From NCBI GenBank assembly GCA_050011565.1, contig JBEKIW010000002.1:224001-288000 (forward strand): 64,000 bases of DNA. Reading direction: 5' to 3'. The position numbers and the translations under genes were made by a program. This DNA is from Dehalococcoidia bacterium. GTDB lineage: Bacteria; Chloroflexota; Dehalococcoidia; GIF9; UBA5629. This document shows, piece after piece, positions 36,019-47,143 of this stretch; within the stretch, counting starts at the first letter, position 1; each line of letters opens with the position of its first letter. A model generated the notes under the pieces. The model ran no database searches. It was not told the DNA's origin and saw nothing but the letters and a program-made list of their open reading frames with translations.

Positions 36019-37866
36019 GTGAGCCAAAAAATGAACAGCCTGGATGACATTCTTTATGAGGTCTCCAGGCCAGCTCGCTACAGCGGAGGCGAATGGAACA
36101 GCAGGGTTAAAGACTGGCAGGCAACCCGAGTCCGAATCGCCCTGGCTTTTCCCGACGTATACGAAATTGGCATGTCCAATCTGGCGCTGCCTATCCTCTA
36201 CAAAATAATCAATGACCAGCCCGACACCCTGGCTGAAAGAGTCTATGCCCCCTGGGTCGACATGGAGGTTCTCCTGCGACAGAATAAAATCGCGCTGTTC
36301 GGCCTGGAGACAAGACACCCTCTGAAAGATTTCGACGTTATCGGCTTTTCCCTCGGCTATGAGCTTACCTATACCAATGTGCTGAATATGCTCGACCTGG
36401 CTAAAATCCCGCTTTTCAGTCACCAGAGGAACAATTCGTATCCGCTGATAGTGGCCGGCGGCAGCTGCGCCCTAAACCCGGAGCCGATGGCCGATTTCAT
36501 AGACCTGTTTGTTATCGGCGAGGCTGAAGAGGTCATATTGAAACTATTAGGTGTGTTCAGGGCTTTCAAAGGCAATAAGAAAAAACTGCTGGTAGAAGCC
36601 GCCGGTCTGGCCGGTGTCTATGTACCGAGCTTGTATGAAGCGTCCTACCACAAAGACGGCACTTTCGCCGGTATAATCCCAAAAACGACCGAAGTTAAGC
36701 TGCCAATTAAGCGCCAGATAATAGATAAATTGCCACCGCCGGTTACGGACCCGGTGGTACCTAACATCAGAGTAGTTCATGACCGTGGAGCCGTCGAAAT
36801 CCAGCGGGGATGCAGCCGGGGTTGTCGCTTCTGCCAGGCCGGGATGATTTACCGGCCGGTCCGTGAACTTCCGGAGGAACAAGTAACCGACGCCGTGGCA
36901 GCGCTGGTGAGCAGCTGCGGGTATAGCGAAGTTTCCCTGGTGTCGCTCAGCACCGGTGATTATCGCGATATTAGCGGACTGATTGGGCAGCTGAGCCGCA
37001 AGTACAGCCGGGACAACCTTATCCTTTCCTTACCCAGCTTGCGAATTGACACATCGTCGATAGAGCTAATAGAGTCACTACCCCATCGCCGCAAGACCAC
37101 ACTTACCTTCGCCCCCGAAGCTGGAACCGAAAGGCTGCGGCGGGCTATAAACAAAAATATCTCTGAAGAGGCGATGTTCAACACCTTCGCCGCCGCCTTC
37201 GAAAAAGGATGGTTTAATCTAAAGCTATATTTTATGGTCGGGCTGCCCACTGAGACCATTGAAGACGTGGAGGGCATAGTAGATTTTGTTGCCAGGACCT
37301 CCCAGCTGGGCAGGAAGTTGCGAAACAGAGCGCCGGGACTGAGGGTCAGTGTCGCCACCTTTGTCCCCAAGCCCCACACCCCCTGCCAATGGCTAGCTCA
37401 GAATACGGAAGATGAGCTAACTCCTAAACATGAACTGCTCAAGCAAGGCTTGCGCCGGCTTGGAGTCCACCTTTCGTGGCAAGACACGAAAACCAGCCAG
37501 CTTGAAGCGGCTCTATCCCGCGGCGACCGCAGGCTCGGCAAAATTATACACAGGGCGTGGGAACTGGGCAATAGGTTCGATGCCTGGCAGGAATGTTTTA
37601 ACTACGGCAACTGGTTAAAGGCGTTCCAGGAAAACGAGCTTGACCCCGCCTTCTATGCCAATCGGGAGCGACCCTTAGAAGAGATATTGCCCTGGCAGCA
37701 CATAGATACCGGAGTAACCCAAAACTTCCTCAAGAAGGAATACCAAGGTATGCGCCTGGGCAAGAATACCTCCGATTGTCGTCATGGGGCGTGTAATGCC
37801 TGCGGGCTGCAGCGACGGCACCCCGATTGCCGGAAAAAATTCAAAACAAGGGACAAATTGATATAA
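36019..37866 (+). CDS. Radical SAM protein, TIGR03960-like
   Basis: RPARYSGGEWN, FPDVYEIGMS, RGCSRGCRFCQAG, FAPEAG, FVPKPHTP; start uncertain (36010-36031). Confidence 0.9.
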   Translation: MSQKMNSLDDILYEVSRPARYSGGEWNSRVKDWQATRVRIALAFPDVYEIGMSNLALPILYKIINDQPDTLAERVYAPWVDMEVLLRQNKIALFGLETRHPLKDFDVIGFSLGYELTYTNVLNMLDLAKIPLFSHQRNNSYPLIVAGGSCALNPEPMADFIDLFVIGEAEEVILKLLGVFRAFKGNKKKLLVEAAGLAGVYVPSLYEASYHKDGTFAGIIPKTTEVKLPIKRQIIDKLPPPVTDPVVPNIRVVHDRGAVEIQRGCSRGCRFCQAGMIYRPVRELPEEQVTDAVAALVSSCGYSEVSLVSLSTGDYRDISGLIGQLSRKYSRDNLILSLPSLRIDTSSIELIESLPHRRKTTLTFAPEAGTERLRRAINKNISEEAMFNTFAAAFEKGWFNLKLYFMVGLPTETIEDVEGIVDFVARTSQLGRKLRNRAPGLRVSVATFVPKPHTPCQWLAQNTEDELTPKHELLKQGLRRLGVHLSWQDTKTSQLEAALSRGDRRLGKIIHRAWELGNRFDAWQECFNYGNWLKAFQENELDPAFYANRERPLEEILPWQHIDTGVTQNFLKKEYQGMRLGKNTSDCRHGACNACGLQRRHPDCRKKFKTRDKLI

Positions 37867-37897
37867 TGTATTTATATCACTCTTAGAGGAGGGGGCA

Positions 37898-39820
37898 ATG
37901 GTATCACCATCTTTTCCTTCAGAAGAAACGTATTGGCCGTTCAAGAAATATATGGATATGTATAACCGGTCAATACAAGACCCGGAACGTTTCTGGGCTG
38001 AGGAGGCCCGTAAGCTGGACTGGTTCAAGACCTGGGACAAAGTCCTCGACTGGCAACCGCCTTTTGCCCGCTGGTTTGAAGGTGGCAGGTTAAATGCCAG
38101 CTATCAATGCGTTGACCGTCATGTTAAAACATGGCGAAGAAGCAAGGTTGCCATATACTGGGAAGGAGAGCTGGGCGATAGCCAGGTCTTAAGCTATTCC
38201 ACATTGTACCGCTGGGTCAATAAATTCGCTTCAGTCCTCAAAAATCTGGGTGTCAATAAAGGAGATACGGTCGTCCTATATCTGCCGATGATTCCCGAGC
38301 TACCTATATTCATGCTCGCCTGCGCCAGAATAGGAGCCCCACATACCGTGGTATTCTCCGGCTTTAGCGCTCAGGCACTGGCCGACAGGATTAACGATCT
38401 CCAGGCCAAAGTTCTGGTCACCGCAGACGCCGGCTTCAGAAGAGGTAAACACCTGGAACTGAAGAACATCAGCGACGAAGCCGTAAGCCTATCGCCTTCA
38501 ATTGAAAAGGTGGTGGTGGCTAGAAGGGCAGGTATAGACATCAACATGAAACCGGGGCGAGACGTCTGGCTACACGAATTGCTAGATGATGCCAGCTCCT
38601 TCGTGCCCGCTGAACCGGTTGAGGCCACCCATCCCCTTTACATCCTCTATACTTCAGGTACCACCGGAAAGCCTAAGGGCATTGTCCATGGCACCGGCGG
38701 CTACCTCGTTTTCACTAATTCCGGCTACGAATGGGTCTTTAATGTAAAGGAGGAATCCGTTTACTGGTGCACCGCCGATGTGGGCTGGGTCACCGGGCAC
38801 AGCTCCATAGTCTATGGTCCCTTGTGCCACGGCGCTGCCATCGTCCTTTATGAAGGAGCTCCTGATTACCCCTCGGTAGATAGATGGTGGGACATCGTAG
38901 AGAAATATGGAGTTTCTATATTTTATACCTCGCCTACCGGCATCAGGATGCTTATGAAATATGGCGAAGATGTGGTCAAGAAACACGACCTGAGCAGCTT
39001 GGAGCTACTGGGCAGTGTTGGAGAAGCCATAAACCCCGAAGCCTGGCAATGGTATTACAAGGTCATCGGCGGCGAAAGATGTCCTATAGTAGACACCTGG
39101 TGGCAAACTGAAACCGGCGGTACTATGATATCGCCAACCCCAGGCATAGAGTCAGTACCTCTTAAGCCGGGCTCAGCAACCTTCCCCCTGCCCGGGGTCA
39201 ATGCCGATATATTTGATGAAAGCGGTAAATCAGTGCCATCCGGAGAGAAAGGCTATCTGGTTATAAAATCACCCTGGCCGGGGATGCTCACGGGCATTCA
39301 CGGAGACCCGCAAAGGTACCAGGAGACCTACTGGTCTAAATTCCCCGGCATGTTCTATACCGGCGACTATGCCATCAAGGACAAAGATGGCTACTACTGG
39401 TTGCTGGGCAGAGCCGATGAAGTCCTCAAAATAGCCGGGCATAGAATAGGCACCATAGAGATAGAAGATGCTGTTGTATCTCACGAAGCTGTAGTTGAGG
39501 CGGCTGTAGCCAGCAGGCCAGACGAGGTTAAGGGCGAATGCGTGGTCGTCTTCGCTACACTTAAGCAAGGGGTAGAACCCTCTCAGGAACTCAAGAACAA
39601 GATAAAGCAGCACATACGTAAGACGATGGGGCCTGTAGTCACTCCCGACGAAATCTACTTTGTCACCAAATTGCCCAAGACAAGGAGTGGCAAAATAATG
39701 AGACGAGTTCTCAAGGCAGTAGCCAGCGGTACCGCGATTGGCGACTTGACTACCCTTGAGGACGGAACCTCTGTGGACGAGGTGAAGAAAGCCTTCGAGG
39801 AGCTTCAGAAAAAGGTGTAG
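37898..39820 (+). CDS. acs: Acetate--CoA ligase (AMP-forming acetyl-CoA synthetase)
   Basis: YTSGTTGKPKG, ADVGWVTGHS, VGEAINPE, DTWWQTETGG, LPKTRSGKIMRR. Confidence 0.96.
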   Translation: MVSPSFPSEETYWPFKKYMDMYNRSIQDPERFWAEEARKLDWFKTWDKVLDWQPPFARWFEGGRLNASYQCVDRHVKTWRRSKVAIYWEGELGDSQVLSYSTLYRWVNKFASVLKNLGVNKGDTVVLYLPMIPELPIFMLACARIGAPHTVVFSGFSAQALADRINDLQAKVLVTADAGFRRGKHLELKNISDEAVSLSPSIEKVVVARRAGIDINMKPGRDVWLHELLDDASSFVPAEPVEATHPLYILYTSGTTGKPKGIVHGTGGYLVFTNSGYEWVFNVKEESVYWCTADVGWVTGHSSIVYGPLCHGAAIVLYEGAPDYPSVDRWWDIVEKYGVSIFYTSPTGIRMLMKYGEDVVKKHDLSSLELLGSVGEAINPEAWQWYYKVIGGERCPIVDTWWQTETGGTMISPTPGIESVPLKPGSATFPLPGVNADIFDESGKSVPSGEKGYLVIKSPWPGMLTGIHGDPQRYQETYWSKFPGMFYTGDYAIKDKDGYYWLLGRADEVLKIAGHRIGTIEIEDAVVSHEAVVEAAVASRPDEVKGECVVVFATLKQGVEPSQELKNKIKQHIRKTMGPVVTPDEIYFVTKLPKTRSGKIMRRVLKAVASGTAIGDLTTLEDGTSVDEVKKAFEELQKKV

Positions 39821-39830
39821 AGGGCACATT

Positions 39831-39864
39831 CCTTCCCCCTCGACGGGGGAGGGCTGGCGTGGGT
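39831..39864. repeat. REP-like palindrome, family 1 (may double as acs terminator)
   Basis: ccttccccc-tcgac-gggggaggg followed by ctggcgtgggt. Confidence 0.55.
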
Positions 39865-39870
39865 ATGAAC

Positions 39871-39899
39871 TTGACATATATATTAAAAACAGCTAATCT
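39871..39899 (+). promoter_or_regulatory. Sigma70 promoter of rplY
   Basis: TTGACA-N17-TAATCT. Confidence 0.62.
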
Positions 39900-39932
39900 C
39901 TATGTTTTGGACTCAATATATGAGGTTACGAT

Positions 39933-40613
39933 ATGAAACGACATGAACTCGAAGTTTCTAAAAGAGAAATAACGGGCAAGAAAGTGAGATTTCTGCGCCG
40001 TCAAGGTATTGTTCCGGCCCATATTTACGGACACGGCATCGAATCCACTTCCATAAATGTAGACACCAGAAGCCTCAAACATCTGCTGGCCCATGTTGGC
40101 CAGACCGACCTAATATCCCTCAAAGTTGACAACTCAAAGGACCCTGTAAGGGTGTTAATGCGCGAGATTCAGAGGAACCCTCTTAACGATGAGCCTCTCC
40201 ACGTGGACTTCTACCAGGTCAGTATGACCGAAAAGATTAAAACAGAGGTCCCACTGGTGTTCATCGGGGAAGCACCGGTGCTGAAGAAGGTCAAGAACAG
40301 CTCCATATTCCATTTAATTGACTCCCTATATATCGAAGCCTTACCCGATGACTTACCTCACAGCTTCGAGGTCGATGTTTCACATCTGGAAGAACTCGAT
40401 CACACCATCCATGTCAAAGATATACCTCTTGGCCCTGGAATAACGCTTCTTAGTGACCCTGAACAGATGGCAGTTAAAGTAGCCGAAGCTCGTAAAGAGG
40501 AGGAGGTGGTACCTGCGGTGGTTGAGGCCGAGCTTAAGGAAGAGGGTGCGGAAGAAGTGGGAGAGGCTGAAGCTGGGGCTGAGGCCGAAGCGGGTGCTGA
40601 AGAAGAAAAGTAA
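39933..40613 (+). CDS. rplY: 50S ribosomal protein L25 (Ctc-type, acidic tail)
   Basis: GKKVRFLRRQGIVPAHIYG, LHVDFYQV, IHVKDI. Confidence 0.96.
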   Translation: MKRHELEVSKREITGKKVRFLRRQGIVPAHIYGHGIESTSINVDTRSLKHLLAHVGQTDLISLKVDNSKDPVRVLMREIQRNPLNDEPLHVDFYQVSMTEKIKTEVPLVFIGEAPVLKKVKNSSIFHLIDSLYIEALPDDLPHSFEVDVSHLEELDHTIHVKDIPLGPGITLLSDPEQMAVKVAEARKEEEVVPAVVEAELKEEGAEEVGEAEAGAEAEAGAEEEK

Positions 40614-40651
40614 ATTCCAGCATTCAGGATTTACTATCGCAGCCTGCAGCG

Positions 40652-40765
40652 CTATCTGCCTTCGGTAAATATGCGGTTTATGGCAATATTCAACTGCTTG
40701 CCATCAAACGGCTTGGTAATATAGGGTGATTTAGCCTTAGACAGAAAAGCCATTGTATGCGCCAC
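40652..40765 (-). pseudogene. Remnant of a response-regulator receiver-domain C-terminus
   Basis: Minus-strand translation VAHTMAFLSKAKSPYITKPFDGKQLNIAINRIFTEGR*; YITKPF motif plus helix 5; N-terminal part absent. Confidence 0.6.
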
Positions 40766-40777
40766 CTGCCGCTGGAA

Positions 40778-41575
40778 TTAGCTATGCGCTGGGATAAAGT
40801 CGCGCAAAGCCTGTAAGTACGGTTGCATACCGCCTGACATAATGGTATTGTGGTCGACCCCGGGGATTATGATAAGGCGCTTGTCTTCAGCAGCAATGAT
40901 TTCATAAAGCGCCTTGCCCTCCTCGACAGGCACAATCTGGTCATACTCACCATGAATAATTAATGTGGGAAGAGAAATCTTCCCCAGTAGTTCCAAGCTA
41001 TAAGGCGCCCTGGGCACAATAACTCCAAGAGATTCCAGCGGAAAGCCTAAATACTTTAACAGGTTAAATACGTTGGAAAAGCCGCTCTCTATAATCAAAC
41101 CATTCAGTTGACTCTGGTAATTGGAAGCCAGCTCGATGGCAGACGCACTGCCCAGAGAACGACCCATAATGAACAGGTTTCCTGAAAATCCCCCGTCTTT
41201 CAAAACTCGCTTAAAGCCTTCAAAGATGGGATGAGCATCTTTTATCATATTACTAAGCGTAGGCTTGCCCCCGCTACTGCCGTAGCCCCGGTAATCAGCC
41301 ACAAAAAGATTGAGTCCAGTCTGATTATAGATAGACCCAATCGGCAAATAATCGCTGGCTATTTCCCCGTTACCGTGAAAGAAAAGTATATTCGGGTTAT
41401 TCTTTTCCCCGACATAGAAGCCATAAGAAATTGAAACAGCCTCATCAACAGGAATTGAGCCGCCGATAACGTTATCGTCGGCAGATTTCTCCAAAAAATC
41501 CCGACGCGGGTAAAAGATAAATTGAAGAATTTCCGGCCTGTCCAGCGCTTCAAGCTCCGGCCACGGCTTCGCCAT
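40778..41575 (-). CDS. Alpha/beta hydrolase
   Basis: FFHGNGE, DYRGYG, GRSLGS, IHGEYD, DHN. Confidence 0.9.
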   Translation of the reverse strand: MAKPWPELEALDRPEILQFIFYPRRDFLEKSADDNVIGGSIPVDEAVSISYGFYVGEKNNPNILFFHGNGEIASDYLPIGSIYNQTGLNLFVADYRGYGSSGGKPTLSNMIKDAHPIFEGFKRVLKDGGFSGNLFIMGRSLGSASAIELASNYQSQLNGLIIESGFSNVFNLLKYLGFPLESLGVIVPRAPYSLELLGKISLPTLIIHGEYDQIVPVEEGKALYEIIAAEDKRLIIIPGVDHNTIMSGGMQPYLQALRDFIPAHS

Positions 41576-41591
41576 TTCTTGCTCCCTTACC

Positions 41592-42059
41592 TCAAATCCT
41601 CAGTATTTCGCCTTTGGTATCCTCATCAATTGTGAGGATACCAAAAGACTGCCATCCCGGGCCGGGGTTAAAGAAGAGAACTTCTCCAATCTGTTCAATC
41701 TTTGCCCGATGGCTATGTCCATATATGATAATATCCACGTCGCCGAGCAGGTCTTTCACCCTGTTTTCTATTCCTGCCGGGCTGCCCCAGCCGTGGGTAA
41801 TCCCAATTTTCTTACTTCCGACCATAAAAATCTCCTTCTCCGGTAACAGGCTTCTGAGCTTCATCGAATCGACATTGCCGTGTACTGCCTTCACTTCGCC
41901 CAGTTGCTTTAGCCCATCGAGAACCTCTGAGCCAACAAAGTCGCCGGCATGAACAATCAAATCCACCCTCGAAAATGCCCTAACAACCTTGGCCGATATT
42001 TCCTCAGCCAGATGAATATGGGTATCTGAAAGCACACCTATCCTCACCAACGTCTCCAT
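41592..42059 (-). CDS. Metallophosphoesterase, YfcE/MJ0936 family
   Basis: SDTH, HAGD, HGNVD, THG, GHSH, NPG. Confidence 0.92.
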   Translation of the reverse strand: METLVRIGVLSDTHIHLAEEISAKVVRAFSRVDLIVHAGDFVGSEVLDGLKQLGEVKAVHGNVDSMKLRSLLPEKEIFMVGSKKIGITHGWGSPAGIENRVKDLLGDVDIIIYGHSHRAKIEQIGEVLFFNPGPGWQSFGILTIDEDTKGEILRI

Positions 42060-42076
42060 AAAGATAAAACAGGGTT

Positions 42077-42766
42077 TTAAAGGTTTTTCAAAAACTCTTC
42101 GATTGCCCGATTCACTTCTACAGGTTTTTCTAAAAAGCAGTGATGCGAGCCGCCTTCCACAACAACCAGCCTGGCGCCGACTATTTTATTGGCTAAATAT
42201 TGGGAATACTTGACCGGCGTCATGTCATCCTCGCCGCCGCAGATAACCAATGTGGGGACTGCAATTTGATTGACTTTATCCATTATGTCGAACCTGTCAC
42301 AGCACCTGAAATCGTTAAGTTGCACGGCAGCGCCTACCTTAACCACTCCGTTAATTATGTTCTCTCTTACTTCGGGAGCCACCCGGCTGTATGGTGGTTC
42401 AATTATATTTTTCAGCCACGGAGACGGCGCATTAATGCCGTCTTCAAGTAATTTAAGAAACTCCGGCCTTACCCTCAGCCTGGCTCCGGTATCAATCAAT
42501 ATAAGTGCCTTTACATCCTGGGGATAACTAAGTGCATACGCCTGGGCCACAGCACCGCCCATAGAATGCCCTGCAATTACAAGCTGTGAATGACCTTTTC
42601 GACGGACATAGTGATGAAGCCACTCGGCATACTGGTCGACGCTAGTACATAGTTTACCCTCAGGATGACCCGGGAGATTGATGGCTTCAGAATCGGTGAA
42701 GTGTTCAGTTTGGTAATGCCAGACCAAGCCGGTGTTGCCGGCGCCATTAATGAAGATGAGCTTCAT
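42077..42766 (-). CDS. Alpha/beta hydrolase
   Basis: NLPGH, GHSMGG, CGGEDDMTP, GSH. Confidence 0.88.
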   Translation of the reverse strand: MKLIFINGAGNTGLVWHYQTEHFTDSEAINLPGHPEGKLCTSVDQYAEWLHHYVRRKGHSQLVIAGHSMGGAVAQAYALSYPQDVKALILIDTGARLRVRPEFLKLLEDGINAPSPWLKNIIEPPYSRVAPEVRENIINGVVKVGAAVQLNDFRCCDRFDIMDKVNQIAVPTLVICGGEDDMTPVKYSQYLANKIVGARLVVVEGGSHHCFLEKPVEVNRAIEEFLKNL

Positions 42767-43368
42767 CCCAATACCTGCAAGACGCCCTGGCGAATCATTT
42801 TTATGGCAATTGCCGCCAGAAACAGACTGACTACCTTCGATGCAGCTCTAACGCCTCCTTGACCCAGGAAAGCCACCACCCGGTTAGCCTGCGTAAAAAG
42901 TAGCCAACCTATTGCCAGATTGATGACAAAAGAAATTACCACAATAATGATGGAGTACTGGTCGATTAGTATGAGTAAGGTAGTTAAGACTGCCGGCCCG
43001 ACTACTAGAGGGGTGCCTATGGGGACGATGCCCAGCATGTCACCGCCAACTGAAGCCTGAGCATCAACCATCTTGCCGGTGATTAAATCCTTGGCGGCCA
43101 GGAGAAACAGGATAATACCGCCGGCAACGAGGAAGTCAGATATCTGAATGCCTAAAAGCAGAAAAACACCCTTGCCGATAGCCACAAAGCCCAGGCCTAA
43201 TCCCAGGGCGGTAATTACCGCCAGGCGCACTGTTCGGCTGCGCTCCTTGGCCTTCATATCCCCTGTCAAGGGAACTAATATGGGCAAGACACCGACGGCA
43301 TCCATGGCCACAAAGAGAGGAACAAAGGTCAAGCCGAATTCTTGCAGAATATTTAATACTTTGTCCAT
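42763..43368 (-). CDS. MarC family membrane protein
   Basis: LFVAMDAVG, AGGIILF, VPIGTPLVVGP. Confidence 0.9.
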   Translation of the reverse strand: MDKVLNILQEFGLTFVPLFVAMDAVGVLPILVPLTGDMKAKERSRTVRLAVITALGLGLGFVAIGKGVFLLLGIQISDFLVAGGIILFLLAAKDLITGKMVDAQASVGGDMLGIVPIGTPLVVGPAVLTTLLILIDQYSIIIVVISFVINLAIGWLLFTQANRVVAFLGQGGVRAASKVVSLFLAAIAIKMIRQGVLQVLG

Positions 43369-43392
43369 AGCCAGCAAATAGAAAGACGCCTA

Positions 43393-45852
43393 TTACTCAG
43401 CCTTAGTCTTGTCGGCTGCCTTACTATCCCCCTGTTGGACGCAGTCAATTGAGACTACGCTGTCATGCTCTTCCAGTGTCTTCAAATGCACGCCCTGGGT
43501 ATCCCTGCCCTGAAGCGAAACCTCATCATCAACGGAGATTCGGATGACGATACCACCAGCGGAAACAATAATGACATGCTGCTTTGGAGGTATAAGCTTA
43601 GCCGCTATAACCTTACCTGTCTTATCCGTGACCCTATGAGCATACACACCCTTGCCGCCCCGGGCTTGAAGAGGGAAATTCTTTGCCCGGCTGCGCTTAC
43701 CAAAGCCTTTCTCCGTAACCGTAAGTAGAGCCGCGTCTCGGAAGATAGCACCCATCGCTACCAGGCGGTCTCTGGGAGCAAGTCTAATACCGCGCACGCC
43801 GCCGCTGGTCCGTGATGCCGGTCGTAAGGCCTTCACAGCAAACCTGATGCCTTGCCCGTTTTGAGTTACTAAAATAATTTCGCCTTTTTGCGTTACTACG
43901 TCAGCCGCCACCAACTCCTCATCAGTCCGAAGCCTCATGGCAATAAGTCCGCTGCTCCTGACCGAAGCAAATTTGTCAAAACTGGTCTTCTTCACAATGC
44001 CTCTCGAGGTAGCCATTACCATAAACAGGCCGGGCACGAACTCCTTAATCACCACCAGGGCGGTTATCTGCTCCTTCGGGTCAATCGAAAGGAGGTTAGC
44101 CAAGGCTGTTCCTTTGGTAGCTCGCGACAAGTCCTGCGTGATATCGTAGCATCTGAGCCTGTAAACCTTACCTCGATTGGTAAATAGCAGCAAATTATCA
44201 TGCGTGTCAGCTACCACACAGTGCTTCACCATATCAGTTTCCCGGGTTACCATTCCCGTGACACCGACGCCGCCGCGGTGCTGCTTTTGATAAGTTGTAG
44301 CCGGTATTCTTTTAATGTACCCCTGTTCGCTAAGCGTAACAATCACATCCTGATGGGGAATCAGGTCTTCGTCCTGAAACTCTTCAGCCTCTTCACGTTT
44401 AATAGCAGTACGGCGCTGGTCGCCGTAAGTCGTTTTAAGGTCGGTGACATCCTGCTTAATCAGGAAAAGTATCTTCTTCGGGTTCGCCAGGAGGCCCTCG
44501 AGATAAGCGATATTCTTCACCACCTCGGTATACTCATCGACTATTTTTTTCTGCTCTAACTGTGCCAACCGGCGCAGCTGCATATCCAGAATCGCCTGAG
44601 CCTGAATTTGGGACAGCTTAAATTTCTCCATCAAGCTGGTTCGAGCTGAATCCGCCGTCTCCGCTTTTCGTATAGTCTGTATAACCGCATCCAGTTGGTC
44701 GAGCGCAATTCTGAACCCTTCCAGGATATGGGCTCGGTCCTTCGCCTTCTGGAGGTCAAACTGGGAACGGCGGGTGATGACCTCGCGACGGAAATCGATG
44801 TAGCAAGTCAAGGCTTCTTTAAGATTGATAACCCGAGGCTGACCATCAACCAGAGCCAGCATATTAATAAAGAAGGCGGACCGCATGGAAGTATATTTGT
44901 ACAGGTTGTTACAAATCTTGGTAGGTTGAGCATCTTTTCGCAGCCCAATAACTATCCTCATGCCGTGTCTGTCAGATTCATCGCGAACATCGCTTATCCC
45001 CTCAATCCTTCTCTCCCTGGCCAGGTCAGCTATCCTTTCTACCAGAGTGGCTTTGTTCGTTTGATAAGGAAGTTCGGATATTATCAATTGCTGGCGGCCG
45101 CCTCTTAGAGTTTCATCGGTAACTTTAGCCTGAACTACAATCTTGCCTTGCCCGCTGGCATAAGCGCTCTTGATGCCCTGCCGGCCCAAAATAATTCCTC
45201 CCGTAGGGAAATCCGGGCCCTTCACAATCTTCATTAAATCATCTACATCAGCCTCGGGGTCGCTTATAAGATAGCTAATGGCATCGCATATCTCGCTTAA
45301 GTTGTGAGGCGGTATATTGGTAGCCATACCCACGGCGATGCCTGACGAGCCATTCACCATCAGATTTGGCATTCTGGCCGGTAAGACCGTTGGTTCCTTT
45401 AAGCTATCGTCGAAATTGGGCATGAAGTCGACTGTTTCTTTGTCGATATCGATCAACATTTCTTCGGCAATTTTTGACAGCCGCGCTTCGGTGTAACGCA
45501 TAGCCGCTGGCGGGTCATCGTCCATACTGCCGAAATTGCCCTGCCCGTCAACAAGCGTATATCGCATGGAAAAATCTTGCGCCATTCTGACCATAGATTC
45601 GTATATAGGCGCGTCCCCGTGAGGATGATATTTACCCATCACATCACCAACTATACGAGCGCTCTTCTTATAGGAACTGTTATGACGAAGGCTGAGTCCA
45701 TCCATACCATAGAGTATCCGCCTATGAACCGGCTTCAAGCCATCGCGTACGTCCGGCAAGGCTCGCGAAACAATAACACTCATAGCGTAGTCGAGGTAGG
45801 AGCTCTTCATCTCCTCTTCAATAATTACTGGTTTAACTACTCCGACTTCCAT
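43393..45852 (-). CDS. gyrA: DNA gyrase subunit A
   Basis: [32 protein letters not shown], GyrA-box QHRGGVG. Confidence 0.97.
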   Translation of the reverse strand: MEVGVVKPVIIEEEMKSSYLDYAMSVIVSRALPDVRDGLKPVHRRILYGMDGLSLRHNSSYKKSARIVGDVMGKYHPHGDAPIYESMVRMAQDFSMRYTLVDGQGNFGSMDDDPPAAMRYTEARLSKIAEEMLIDIDKETVDFMPNFDDSLKEPTVLPARMPNLMVNGSSGIAVGMATNIPPHNLSEICDAISYLISDPEADVDDLMKIVKGPDFPTGGIILGRQGIKSAYASGQGKIVVQAKVTDETLRGGRQQLIISELPYQTNKATLVERIADLARERRIEGISDVRDESDRHGMRIVIGLRKDAQPTKICNNLYKYTSMRSAFFINMLALVDGQPRVINLKEALTCYIDFRREVITRRSQFDLQKAKDRAHILEGFRIALDQLDAVIQTIRKAETADSARTSLMEKFKLSQIQAQAILDMQLRRLAQLEQKKIVDEYTEVVKNIAYLEGLLANPKKILFLIKQDVTDLKTTYGDQRRTAIKREEAEEFQDEDLIPHQDVIVTLSEQGYIKRIPATTYQKQHRGGVGVTGMVTRETDMVKHCVVADTHDNLLLFTNRGKVYRLRCYDITQDLSRATKGTALANLLSIDPKEQITALVVIKEFVPGLFMVMATSRGIVKKTSFDKFASVRSSGLIAMRLRTDEELVAADVVTQKGEIILVTQNGQGIRFAVKALRPASRTSGGVRGIRLAPRDRLVAMGAIFRDAALLTVTEKGFGKRSRAKNFPLQARGGKGVYAHRVTDKTGKVIAAKLIPPKQHVIIVSAGGIVIRISVDDEVSLQGRDTQGVHLKTLEEHDSVVSIDCVQQGDSKAADKTKAE

Positions 45853-45856
45853 TCAA

Positions 45857-46699
45857 TTACTCCTCTTCGATAAACTCTTCTTCTTCTATCGCCGGTTCCT
45901 CATCAGTGGCGACCCCTTCGAATATGGAAAAGCCTTCAGGTATGAGTTCACCCTCATCCAGCTCGGCATACTCCCCTTCCTCCAGAGCTTCCTCTTCCAC
46001 AGCCTCATGTCGCAGCAAAGTATCTTTAACATGTGGTTGAAAGCCTTCAACAGCCTTGACTGGGAAGGAAAGCCGCCCGACCTGACTGGGATGCTGAAAT
46101 GTCTCCCTGATAATAACCCTGGCGTTATTGGTATCAATTTTGACAATGGCCGCGACATACTTATTACCGCCTTCTATCAACCTGGCGAGACGAAGGCCAT
46201 GGGGTGGCTCAACCAGCCCCAGGTACTCTCCCTGCTCGTTTTCTACGACAAGCTGCCGGCCCCTGACCTTCAAATAAACCTGGTTGCCCGCAGCCATTTT
46301 AGCCAGTACCTCTTTGGGCGCCAGGTCCTTAAGATTTACGACACCGGCCTTGCCCATTTCGCCGATAAAAAGGTCCGGGGAGGCCTCGCGGCGTTCTTCC
46401 TTTACGCTGACCTTGGAGTCACGCAACAACGACAGCCGCTGTAAATTTCTTTGAGCGATAGAATTGTAAGGGTCAAGTTCAATAGTACGGCTGTAGGCTT
46501 CTTTAGCTTTGGCGAATTCGCCCAACTCCGTATATGCCCTACCCAACCGGTTGTAGGCATCTATATCTGTAGGGAAAAGGTCAATTATGCTCTGATTGAC
46601 GGTAACTGCTTCCTGCCATCTACTCTGCATTGCCAGAGCAATAGCCTCTTGACTCGCTTTCCGTCTAAGCCTAGCCTTATCTTCTTCACGGTCAGGCAT
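45857..46699 (-). CDS. Tetratricopeptide repeat protein with acidic tail
   Basis: AYNRLGRAY..LG...AY...ELDP TPR pattern; translationally adjacent to gyrA. Confidence 0.82.
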   Translation of the reverse strand: MPDREEDKARLRRKASQEAIALAMQSRWQEAVTVNQSIIDLFPTDIDAYNRLGRAYTELGEFAKAKEAYSRTIELDPYNSIAQRNLQRLSLLRDSKVSVKEERREASPDLFIGEMGKAGVVNLKDLAPKEVLAKMAAGNQVYLKVRGRQLVVENEQGEYLGLVEPPHGLRLARLIEGGNKYVAAIVKIDTNNARVIIRETFQHPSQVGRLSFPVKAVEGFQPHVKDTLLRHEAVEEEALEEGEYAELDEGELIPEGFSIFEGVATDEEPAIEEEEFIEEE

Positions 46700-46922
46700 T
46701 TTTATACCCCCTGCAATTGCCGTGCCAACTCATGTCTGTAACACTCCATTTACCTGTGCCATATCCTGATGCAATCATATTATTTTACAGTAGTCACTGT
46801 GGCAAAAAAAGCGAGACTTGTCAAGTGTCTAAAGCCCAATCACAAATAAATTTTTGACAAAAAAGGTTCATTATGTTAGCCTACTAATCTAGGAAATACA
46901 AGCGAAAGCAAAAGGGGAATCT

Positions 46923-47141
46923 GTGAGAGACAAAGTGCAAACCGTGCTGGATAATATTCGACCGAGCCTCCGTGCCGATGGAGGGGATATAGAACTTGTT
47001 GACGTTAAAGATGGCATTGTTAGTGTGAAACTTAAGGGAGCGTGCGCCGGCTGCCCTATGTCAACTATGACCCTTAAGAACGGCATTGAGCGAATACTAA
47101 AGCAAGAGTTATCCGACGTAAAAGAAGTTATCGCTGTCTAG
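46923..47141 (+). CDS. NifU-C/Nfu family Fe-S carrier
   Basis: IRPSLRADGGDIEL, GACAGCP, TLKNGIE. Confidence 0.93.
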   Translation: MRDKVQTVLDNIRPSLRADGGDIELVDVKDGIVSVKLKGACAGCPMSTMTLKNGIERILKQELSDVKEVIAV

Positions 47142-47143
47142 CG

